In this document: one piece after another, positions 27,167 through 38,200 of the stretch
Numbering within the stretch: the first letter of the stretch is position 1
Layout: every line of letters begins with the position of its first letter
Source: Laetmonice hystrix
Lineage: Eukaryota
Reading direction: 5' to 3'
Assembly (NCBI GenBank): GCA_965235115.1
Contig: OZ249436.1
Location: 3,970,001 to 4,034,000 of the forward strand
Length of the DNA: 64,000 bases
The notes under the pieces: model-generated
What the model was told of the DNA's origin: nothing
Database searches by the model: none
The model's input: the letters and a program-made list of their open reading frames with translations, nothing else
Translations under genes and position numbers: made by a program

Positions 27167-27673
27167 AGGGGCATGCTATGAAACACGTTTTGGAGGATTT
27201 CCGGCAATTATCCAACATGACCGTGTTATTAGGGATCCAAGTAAATAATCCTACCACAGCATTTTGTCCTCCGACGTGTTTTCGCTGCGTATGCAGCACA
27301 AGTAGGTTCTATACGACCAAACGCATAGATTTCTCCCGATAGCACATCTCCCGCCATAATTTGGTAGAGAACCTCCTCCCATCGACCCGTGTAATTGCAT
27401 ACTGCGTCACATCCTTCGTGTGCACTCTCTGCATCTACATGCGAGAGGGTTCTGCGTGTCACGTGTGTCAACAAAAGCCACGTGCAAACGGTGGGCGGAG
27501 CCGTTTTTCCAGATGGCCAGCAAGGGAGCCTCATAAACTTCGATTTCTCACGCAAAATGAAACTGATAAGTCTGTCTTTGTTTACCAAGCAATTTTAATG
27601 AAGGATCTCTTTATGAAAATAGCAAAAGTTCTCTGAAATACCGATTTTTCACGTTTCCTCATAATATGCCCCT
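27167..27673. mobile_element. Kolobok-type MITE
   Basis: TTAA|AGGGGCATgctatgaaacacgt ... acgtttcctcataatATGCCCCT|TTAA. Confidence 0.8.
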
Positions 27674-27695
27674 TTAACACAGTTACACTGTTTTG

Positions 27696-27930
27696 TATGG
27701 AATACCGGCGACATCATGCGAGAAGCGATATGGGACCGAACAGTGTCAATTTAGCACATAGAATGTTTCTTATTAACACCGACATCAAGATCCACTGCTC
27801 AATTAGTGCCTATTTAATATAACAATAATTTTGGGGCTAAAGTGAAAACTAACACTAACCCTAGGCCTAACCTTTACCCTAACCCAAGCACACTGTCTCG
27901 CATCTCGCATGTCGTCGCCGGTATTCCATA
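27696..27930. mobile_element. MITE with 6-bp TSD and internal CTAACC motifs (second copy ~42815-43000)
   Basis: TIRs TATGGAATACCGGCGAC / GTCGCCGGTATTCCATA; GTTTTG on both sides. A highly similar 5'-truncated copy lies at ~42815-43000. Confidence 0.8.
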
Positions 27931-28029
27931 GTTTTGGCTCATATCTAACGGGGCAAGATAACGCACTAGTTATACTATAATTGACATAGGAAGTCGTAGG
28001 CGAAGTTTCGTTTGGCGCCATTTTCCATG

Positions 28030-28290
28030 ACCTTGAAAACTTGAAAGGTCAATCACGGTCATGCATATTTCCAAAACAGTTGAGGATAACGACATAATCT
28101 TGAATGAAACATTACCTAATTATCAGGAACGAGGCAGGTCAAACATATATTTGTGATATCATTCAAAATGGCCACTTGGTGGCCATCTTGGATATAAGCA
28201 CATTTGGAGTAATGACAGAATTGTCTGGATTTCTTTCAGTTTTGGTGACAAGAGAAGGCATATGAGGGGGAAAAGACATGCCAATTTATT
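28030..28290. repeat. Dispersed repeat fragment (same family as 2585-2870)
   Basis: Collinear shared blocks with 2585-2870. Confidence 0.7.
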
Positions 28291-28338
28291 TTGTGTTCAG
28301 ATTAAACCAATCATATCGGCCTACCTTCTATAAGATAA

Positions 28339-29615
28339 CGTTTGTGAGGTCTGGGGCGGAGGTTTAGGATGAGGTTTGGGACTAGGAGGTTAGGGTTAGA
28401 TTATACAGGGATAGGATAAGTTTGTGAGGTCTGAGGACTAGGAGGTTAGGATTAGTTTGTGAGGTCTGGGGCGGAGGTTTAGGATGAGGTTTGGGACTAG
28501 GAGGTTAGGGTTAGATCATACAGGGATAGGATACGTTTGTGAGGTCTGGGGCGGAGGTTTAGGATTAGGTTTGGAACTAGGAGGTTAGGGTTAGATCATA
28601 CAGGGATAGGATACGTTTGTGAGGTCTGGGGCGGAGGTTTAGGATTAGGTTTGGAACTAGGAGGTTAGGGTTAGATCATACAGGGATAGGATAAGTTTGT
28701 GAGGTCTGGCGCGGAGGTTTAGGATGAGGTTTGGGACTAGGAGGTTAGGATTAATTTGTGAGGTCTGGGGCGGAGGTTTAGGATGAGGTTTGGGACTAGG
28801 AGGTTAGGGTTAGATCATACAGGGATAGGATAAGTTTGTGAGGTCTGGGGCGGAGGTTTAGGATTAGGTTTGGAACTAGGAGGTTAGGATTAGTTTGTGA
28901 GGCCTGGGGCGGAGGTTTAGGATGAGGTTTGGGACTATAGGAGGTTAGGGTTAGTTTGTGAGGTCTGGGGCGGAGGTTTAGGATTAGGTTTGGGACTAGG
29001 AGGTTAGGATTAGTTTGTGAGGTCTGGGGCGGAGGTTTAGGATTAGGTTTGGAACTAGGAGGTTATGATTAGTTTGTGAGGTTAGGGTTAGATCATACAG
29101 GGATAGGATAAGTTTGTGAGGTCTGAGGCGGAGGTTTAGGATTAAGTTTGGAACTAGGAGGTTAGGATTAGTTTGTGAGGTCTGGGGCGGAGGTTTAGGA
29201 TGAGGTTTGGGACTAGGAGGTTAGGGTTAGATCATACAGGGATAGGATAAGTTTGTGAGGTCTGAGGTGGAGGTTTAGGATTAAGTTTGGAACTAGGAGG
29301 TTAGGATTAGTTTGTGAGGTCTGGGGCGGAGGTTTAGGATTAGGTTTGGAACTAGGAGGTTATGATTAGTTTGTGAGGTTAGGGTTAGATCATACAGGGA
29401 TAGGATAAGTTTGTGAGGTCTGAGGCGGAGGTTTAGGATTAAGTTTGGAACTAGGAGGTTAGGATTAGTTTGTGAGGTCTGGGGCGGAGGTTTAGGATGA
29501 GGTTTGGGACTAGGAGGTTAGGGTTAGATCATACAGGGATAGGATAAGTTTGTGAGGTCTGGGGCGGAGGTTTGGGACTAGGAGGTCTGGGGCGGAGGTT
29601 CAGGATTAGGTTTGG
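28339..29615. repeat. Complex G-rich minisatellite with telomere-like GGTTAG motifs
   Basis: Modules gtttgtgaggtctggggcggaggtttaggatgaggtttgggactaggaggttagg and gttagatcatacagggataggataa in variable order. Confidence 0.92.
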
Positions 29616-29742
29616 GGTTCGGAATATATAGTTTTAGTTCTTACGACCAATGTCCATGCCGACGTAACTATGGGGGATCTTGCCGTTGTTAGATCTATAC
29701 TCAGCGCGTTATTTGACGCCACGTCGTGCAGGCAGACGATAA

Positions 29743-29865
29743 TTTATTGACCTTGATGCCAATGTCAATCATTCAGTGTCGGTTGATCGCTGTTAGATTG
29801 GATTTATTGACCTTGATGCCAATGTCAATCATTCAGTGTCGGTTGATCGCTGTTAGATTGGATTT
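29743..29865. repeat. 60-bp tandem duplication
   Basis: tttattgaccttgatgccaatgtcaatcattcagtgtcggttgatcgctgttagattgga x2. Confidence 0.9.
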
Positions 29866-30809
29866 CACGCATGCGTCAAGCATTAGTTGACATGCTGCTG
29901 GAATTGAAATGATAAGTATGGATATTAGTTCCGACTTGTGGCAGCAGGTGTCAGGACTATTGTTTTATTGATTTGTGTTGTGTATCCCTACGTTGTATCG
30001 TCGCACCTTTAATTGTACGGCATTAGAAGTATTACTACAAGGTCACAGCAACACAATATACCTTTCAGAGTGAACGGTGGAGTTTTTGTGTGTTTATTTT
30101 GAGTTTTTTTTTAAATCATTCCTACGTCACCACATTAAATTTGAAACAAAAAAAAACAAAAAAAAAACTGGCAAATATAGAACTTTATTTGAAGAATGGT
30201 AATAAGGTTTCCTTATCTGGTAGCAGCCCTACCAATTCAAAATAAAGAACTTGAAAACGACAACTGCATTGGTGTATCTTGGTGAACTCGTTGTAGCTGA
30301 AAATGATGTAACATAGTTAAGTGAAAGTCATAGGTCACAATGCCTCAAATTGACTAAGTGTGCTAATAATATAATAGATCCTAATGTTACTGGCATGATA
30401 TCGATCCGGTTCACAATATAATGTAGGCATATCAGCTGCAGATCAACCTTACATTGAAATACTGGTACCAGGTCGGCATGTACTATAGGGGGCTGCTCGA
30501 AACACTGCATACTAAACCCAGGCGTACGGAGAAACAGTGCGGTCCCCCTTGCCGATTATAACCTTTAAAAAAAAAAAAGAAGCCAAATTCGGAGCACTAG
30601 CAAACGCTCCTTATAGGTTAGCTCCGGACCTCGGGGTAGCTATAAATATACCCCCTGGTCCCACCAGGTACTGATAGCACCCTAGGGGGGTTATGCTGGT
30701 CCCAGTGACCGTGGATGTTTTAAAAACGTGTGGAGAGAGAAAGAAACGTTGGGATGATGGAGTGTGACGGCGAACGTCTGAACCTCCTGGGACCGGGCGG
30801 ACGAACGAC

Positions 30810-30826
30810 CCGCCAGAGGGCGCTAA
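30810..30826 (+). promoter_or_regulatory. CTCF-like motif
   Basis: CCGCCAGAGGGCGCTA resembles the CTCF core consensus; motif match only. Confidence 0.35.
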
Positions 30827-31154
30827 CCCGGACCACTCGCAAACAGTGGGCCGCCAATAGGTGAGTCTGCTCTCATTATCCGCCAATATCTACTTTTTTT
30901 TATCATAGAGCTTTTTTCAGTTGACCCTGCTTGCCCCCTTCCAAAATACTATCCATTTGGAGGTCTTATAGGACCCCCTATAATTGGCCAGAATCGGACG
31001 CCCCCCCCCCCTGGAAAATTTAACTGGATATCTATATTCCTTATTTGATTCCATATTAGGCTATATACGGGCAGCGGTTACAGTATAGAACACGTTGCCA
31101 GTTTGTCCTGTATTCTCGGGTAGGCCTACACAGAGACTGACACCAAAGCATAAA

Positions 31155-31299
31155 TAGAGAGAGAGACAGATCGACAGACAGACAGAGACAGAGGGAGAAA
31201 GGGACAGACAGAGACAGAGAGAGAGAGAGGGACAGAGACGGACAGAGGGAGGGAGAGAGAAAGGGACAGAGACAGAGAGAGGGGACAGAGACAGACAGA

Positions 31300-31330
<31 letters not shown>
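31155..31330. repeat. Imperfect (GA)n/(GACA)n microsatellite
   Basis: Visible purine-rich dinucleotide run. Confidence 0.9.
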
Positions 31331-32098
31331 CTATAGGCTGAGGCGCCGCCTCCTCTGATTCTATAGGCCAGATAAGACGATCCCTGAACAAAAAACAAAA
31401 GGATAGATCTATTTTGAATTTTTGCAGGCGAATCGTATAAATGAGTATAGAGTTATGTCCTCTAATAATATACATGTACGTTAATAACCTATAAATACAA
31501 AAAAATCTGTCCGGTAGTCCGTGGTGTATATACCAACCGCGGATATCATGAAGGCATGACGCTTGTATCACAAAGTTTACAGTGAATTAAGCAAAGTAAT
31601 CAAATATTTATACCCCAATTCCTGGCCAATTTGACTCTTGGCACAAAATGTTCGGTGATCAGACAGTGTGATATCCGACTGAGTGGATGGTTAGTTTTCA
31701 AACAGGCCCGCTCATCGCCCGATCCTTGATGTACCAAGGCCGGTAATTATACACCGTGGCCGGAATGTATGCACCTTCCGCCAGTGTGAACCGTGTTAGG
31801 TCCGCCAAAACCACTTGGGAAATCGCATATACATTTCCAGCATTAAAACCACACATGCCTTGTTGATAGACAGGCGATGGTGTCATTACATTACAGCACG
31901 GTACATAACTCTTATTGCTGCGGTGATGGTTATTCATAAATACAAGCTTTGGGTTTGAACACAGTAGCAGTGCACCTCGAAAAAAGACGGATTGAGGCAA
32001 AGTGTTTGGGCTATTCAACCCTCAATTTACGAGTCGCTAAAATCGTCCTGAGGTATAGTTAGACATCAGCCAATATAAAAGGGTTGGCTCCAGAGAGA

Positions 32099-32218
32099 AT
32101 GTATTTCGAGGATCAAGAAACCCATGCAGGCAGAGCCAAGGCTCGGAAGTTACTCGGTCTCACGCGACGTAAGCAGTGGGCATCGCAGGTCTGCAGGTAA
32201 CGTGTGAAGACGGTCTCT

Positions 32219-32279
<61 letters not shown>

Positions 32280-35200
32280 ACAGAGAGAGACAGAGAGAGA
32301 GAGACAGAGAGAAAGAGAGAGGGGAGAGAGAAAGGGAGAGCGAGAGCGAGACAGAGACATAGAGAGAGATAGGCCTATAGAGATATATCGGGTGGATAAA
32401 AAAAAACGCCCCGAACTTTAAACTCCAATATTTCAAAAAGTATTGATTGTAATTCAACGAAATTTTTCTTACTATCACTTCATGATGTTGTCTCTTAGTT
32501 GTTAATGTTACAACTCAATAGCTTCGATAATATTTCCGTAGCGCTAAAAACAAAAATCATTGTACAAAAGCGCAATGCCGGGCTAAAGCGAGTGGTAGTC
32601 GCACCAGAGTCCCTGGCCTCACACTAGAGTAGGTGGTCAATCGGTCCCCCGTTTTCACTTCATACTGCTCTCAGTCTCTTTTTACATGCGCCAATGCACT
32701 TCCTGATCTCTGATAGGGAATTATCTTCCCATTATTGGGAAATAAGCAGCGTTCTGAACGTGTTGCTAAACGTGATAATGATACGATTTCCCTTAAACTT
32801 CTGGTTACAGTCATATCGTCCTAATGTTGCAGTTTCTCTGTAGGGTTTGGCAAATTAAACATCTGGGTTTCTCTAGAAGTACTAGGAATAGCACATAATT
32901 TATTATATCTAGTGGTTCACAACATTTTACATATTGTAAAACATGCAAAAACTAAATATTGAAAACTTTTGTACCCAAGGTACAATGTGGTGCATCAAAC
33001 AGGTGTCAAATTGGACACCTGGCAGCTGCATGATATTTGACCTAATTCCGGCATTGTGTTTTTAGACACTGATTTTTGTTTTTAGCGCCACGGGATTAAT
33101 ATCAAAGCTATTGAGCTGAAACTTTAACATACAAGAGATAATATCATGAAGTTATATTAAGAGAAATTTTATTGAATTATAATGCACAGTTATTGAAATA
33201 TTAAAGTTTAAAGTTCGGGGCGTTTTTTTTTATCCACCCGATATATATAGAGAGGGAGAGAGACAGAGAGAGGGAGAGAGGGAGAGAGAGAGGGGAGGGA
33301 GGGAGGGAGAGATAGAGAGACAGGCAGACAGACAGACAGACATGCAGACACAGAAACAGGGAAAGAGAGAAGCAGCGGATGCTTCTAATGCTGTTTTCGA
33401 TCCCGTGCATGGTTGGGATTGCCAAGTGGGCTCATTCAGGGTTTCGATCCCGTGCATGGTTGGGATTGCCAAGTGGGCTCATTCAGGCTTTCGACGCAGG
33501 GCAATGACAAACAAAAACATGAGGCAGCTAGACAATTTTAAAAAAAATTGTTATTAAAGGCGAAGCCATTATACTCTCCCCTAGCAAAATGGCCTTGCCC
33601 TCCAGGACTTTCTTTATAAGCAAATCACTGGGGGTGTAGGGGGGATGGAAAGAGCGAACATGGCCTATATGTAAGCCGATATGTATAAGATACCTTAATA
33701 TTGTATTCAATTTTCAAGGACGACCGTGGCAGTTGGCCCACCCAAGATATTATCAGGGTTCGACGACTGGAAATACCGCCGCAGAATAGTAGGTGGAACT
33801 TCAGATGCTGATGCATCATCAGAACATAGACCCAAGTTCTCCGCTAGAATCCTATACATGTATATCAGGTCAGGGTCCCGTCTCACTAAAGGCTGGTTAA
33901 TAACCAGATCGTTAAGTTAACATAGGAGTGAATGGAATGCTGCTGGTTACAGTAACCATCAGCCTTCCATTCACTCCTATGTTAACTTAACGATCTGGTT
34001 ATTAACCAGCCTTTAGTGAGACGGGCCCCAGGTAGCTGCTTTAAGATCCAATGTGTTAGGATCCACCATGTCTGATGTAACGTTCCAATGTGTTAAGTTC
34101 CACAATGTCTGATGTTAAGATCCAATGTGTTCAGTTCCACAATGTCTGATGTTAAGATCCAATGTGTTTGGAGAAACACAAAGTCTGATGTAACTTTTGG
34201 TGACCCGCTTCCTCTGCAGGTGTGGCGTCGGCTGCAGGGACAGCTAAAGGAGGCGACATCTCGCCTCATCCTCTGGGGTTCCTCTTTCAAACGGATCGAA
34301 GGTACGCCTATCACTCAACCTCCTATTGTATACAGACAACCTAGCTGCCTACAGCCCCCCCCCTACCATTATCAAATCCCTGGATCCCCCACTTGGTTAA
34401 AGAGGGGACTGAAAAATTCCATAATATTCGATTTTTTTTTATCATACATCGTCCGTTTCTACCATTTTATAGACACACATGTAGGACTAGTTTAACTTTC
34501 AAGGTGCCACAAGCTCGGCAAAGATGTCTTCAATCCCATTAGTAGCTAACAAGTCATCCGTACCCTATTGCTAACAAGTCATCCGTACCCTAGTATCTAA
34601 CAAGGCCAAGATCTGACATTAACCGTTTCTCATGCAGGGGTGTTTGGGAATGGTGTATCGTCGTACTTCCGGTTCCTGCGCTGGCTCTTCTTGCTTAACG
34701 TCATCATATTCACACTCCTGTTCCTGCTTGTCATCGTGCCTCAGGTGAGCTAACGTCATCATATTCACACTGACAGCTTGTCATCGTGCCTCAGGTGAGC
34801 TAACGTCATCATATTCACACTCCTGTTCCTGATTGTCATCGTCCCTCAGGTGAGCTAACGTCATCATATTCACACTCCTGTTCCTGATTGTCATCGTGCC
34901 TCAGGTGAGCTAGTCCCCTCGTCAACATCCCCACTAGAGGGTTAGCAATAGGCCCCCTGGATTCGGATTAACTTTTTTTACACACGCTGTACTGATAGAT
35001 TTAAAGTTTTTACCACCAAATTTCTGTCGTCAAAATGTTACAATGTTTGACCTTCAGGCGGCATTCACGGAGGTTTCTCTTCACAGCAGCCATGACAACT
35101 CCAGCCAACCCATTCCCTCCAACCTGACGTCACGGGAAACCTTCAATGGGACGTGTAGTGCCAAGTACAAGGCAGACATCGACTTCTCTTTTGTGCAGTT

Positions 35201-38200
35201 AAGCCTTGATTTCGCACAAGGCACTGTAAGTATCGGATAAAGCTATCTACGTGTTATACTTTGCGAGGTATAATATAGTGTGGCCTTGAATTATCGACTT
35301 ATATGCGGGCCAATACATACGTAGGTTCCCACTCCGTTTGGAGCGCATGGCTAGTAGTATATGGACATGGGCCTTAGTAGTAGGCCTATGTGGAGGGTGT
35401 TACCTGAGCCTCTGGAAATTACAAATTATAACTGGATGCTGTTCCTATATAGGGGTTTTATATTTAAAAGTCGAAGTTCGACAATGTTTTTATGCCAACC
35501 CGACATATGCGGGCCTACGTAGTGGCCCACTCCGGTTAAGGGACATCGCTAGTAGTCTATGGACATGGGCCTTGGTATACGGCGGCGTAACCTAAGTCTA
35601 TGGACATGGGCCTTGGTATACGGCGGCGTCTATGGACATGGGCCTTGGTATACGGCGGTGTAACCTAAGTCTATGGACATGGGCCTTGGTATACGGCGGA
35701 GTAACCTAAGTCTATGGACATGGGCCTTGGTATACGGCGGCGTAACCTAAGTATATGGACATGGGCCTTGGTATACGGCGGCGTAACCTAAGCTAGTCTA
35801 TGGACATGGGCCTTGGTATACGGCGGCGTAACCTAAGTATATGGACATGGGCCTTGGTATACGGCGGCGTAACCTAAGCTAGTCTATGGACATGGGCCTT
35901 GGTATACGGCGGCGTAACCTAAGTCTATGGACATGGGCCTTGGTATACGGCGGAGTAACCTAAGTATATGGACATGGGCCTTGGTATACGGCGGTGTAAC
36001 CTAAGTATATGGACATGGGCCTTGGTATACGGCGGCGTAACCTAAGTCTATGGACATGGACCTTGGTATACGGCGGCGTAACCTAAGTCTATGGACATGG
36101 ACCTTGGTATACGGCGGCGTAACCTAAGTCTATGGACATGAGCCTTGGTATACGGCGGTGTAACCTAAGTCTATGGACATGGGCCTTGGTATACGGCGGT
36201 GTAACCTAAGTATATGGACATGGGCCTTGGTATACGGCGGCGTAACCTAAGCCGAGAGGAAATTAAAACCGGATTCTTCTCTCAAAGTAAACGAAAAGGA
36301 CATCTGTGTTACCGTGGTCTCTCCTCTGCGCAGGGTTGGATGGAAAATACGGTGTTGTTCTACGGGGTGTTTACAAACGGTAGATTATCTCTGGATGGAT
36401 CGGGAAGTAAAGATGGTTATTCATACAACATGCCGCTAGCATACCTGACGGTGACGTTGGCCTACATGGCGATTTCCTTCTACCTCATCATCCAGCAGTA
36501 AGTTGTCGATAGCTTTCCAGGAGCGGAAAGGAAGCAGTCATTAAAAGTCAACGAAGTGTCCCTAAAGTCTGATATCTCAGCAATGATTTATGATATAATA
36601 ATTAAAAGTCTGATATCTCAGCAATGATTTATGATATGATAATTAAAAGTCTGATATCTCAGCAATGATTTATGATATAATAATTAAAAGTCTGATATCT
36701 CAGCAATGGTTTATGATATAATAATTAAAAGTCTGATATCTCAGCAATGATTTATGATATAATAATTAAAAGTCTGATATCTCAGCAATGGTTTATGATA
36801 TAATAATTAAAAGTCTGATATCTCAGCAATGATTTATGGTATAATACTTAAAAGTCTGATATCTCAGCAATGGTTTATGATATAATAATTAAAAGTCTGA
36901 TATCTCAGCAATGGTTTATGATATAATAATTAAAAGTCTGATATCTCAGCAATGGTTTATGATATAATAATTAAAAGTCTGATATCTCAGCAGTGATTTA
37001 TGATATAATAATTAAAAGTCTGATATCTCAGCAATGATTTATGATATAATAATTAAAAGAACCCACACACCTCCCGTGTGGTGATGCTGTTTTAGTCCCT
37101 TTAATAATCATTTACTTCACGTTTACCCCCAGAACTGATGTAAACTTTCGGGACGAGCTGGTCCACGGATTTAACAACCAGTCCAAGTCTCGGTGTTACT
37201 CGAACATGACGTTTGCCGGATGGGATTTCTCCTTGACCAATGTTCACACTGCACAGATCAGGCACAACAGTAAATACAACGAAATCAGGGTAAGGGACCG
37301 ATTCGTTTAGTCGGTGACGTCGCAGACTGCTCATCGCGCGTAGCCAGCGACGTCGCCGACAGGTCGCTGAGATCGCCCGGCGATGTCGGCCTAACGTCTT
37401 TAAACTATACCAAATCGTCGACACGGGCTCATATTCCCAACAACCTGTCAAATTTTTAGTCAGCGACACGCTAAGTAAGATTGGCTCCTAACAAAAATTT
37501 CAAGGATAACATTGGCATATAATTACATTAAGCTGTACGTTCGTTCTTCACTTTAATTCACTCCGTTTGTACACGTTTTGCAACAATGTATCTTGAAAGT
37601 TTTAGGGGCACCGTTGGCCAAGGGCGGGGGGGGGGGGATTGTAACATACCCACGAGGACATGTCAGGGTTAGAATAGTGCTAAGAATACTAATACATCTT
37701 GAGTTTATTCAAATTCTTCCAAATTCGTTGTGCTCTAGGAACGTTTGGCTGAGGAGCGGCTCCACGCCCGCCTCATCTCACGGACATTCAGACAGAAGTG
37801 TCGACTGTACGCTGCCCGACTTGTCATCAACGTGTTTGTCTTCGGGATTCTGGCCTGTGCTGCTTATATGATATACTACGCTACTCAGGAGTCAACAGAT
37901 GTAAGTCGGACAGAGCTCTCGGTTGTTTTGGGGGAAGAATATAAAAGTGTATATGTGAAAGGGAAGAAAAGAGAGAGAGAGAGCCAAGTCCTAACCTTGT
38001 TCGACCGTTGCAGTTCAAGGATCGTGAGGATTACTCGCGACAACCTAACCTTGTCGGACTGTTCATGTTGTAGTTCAAGGTTCGCGAGCATTACTCGCGA
38101 CAACCTAACCTTGTCCGACTGTTCATGTTGTAGTTCAAGGATCGCGAGGAGCACTCGCGACAACCTAACCTTGTCCGACTGTTCATGTTGTAGTTCAAGA

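Noticed and set aside
31056..33472. SLSLSL/ERERER ORFs
   Set aside because: Translations of (GA)n microsatellites.
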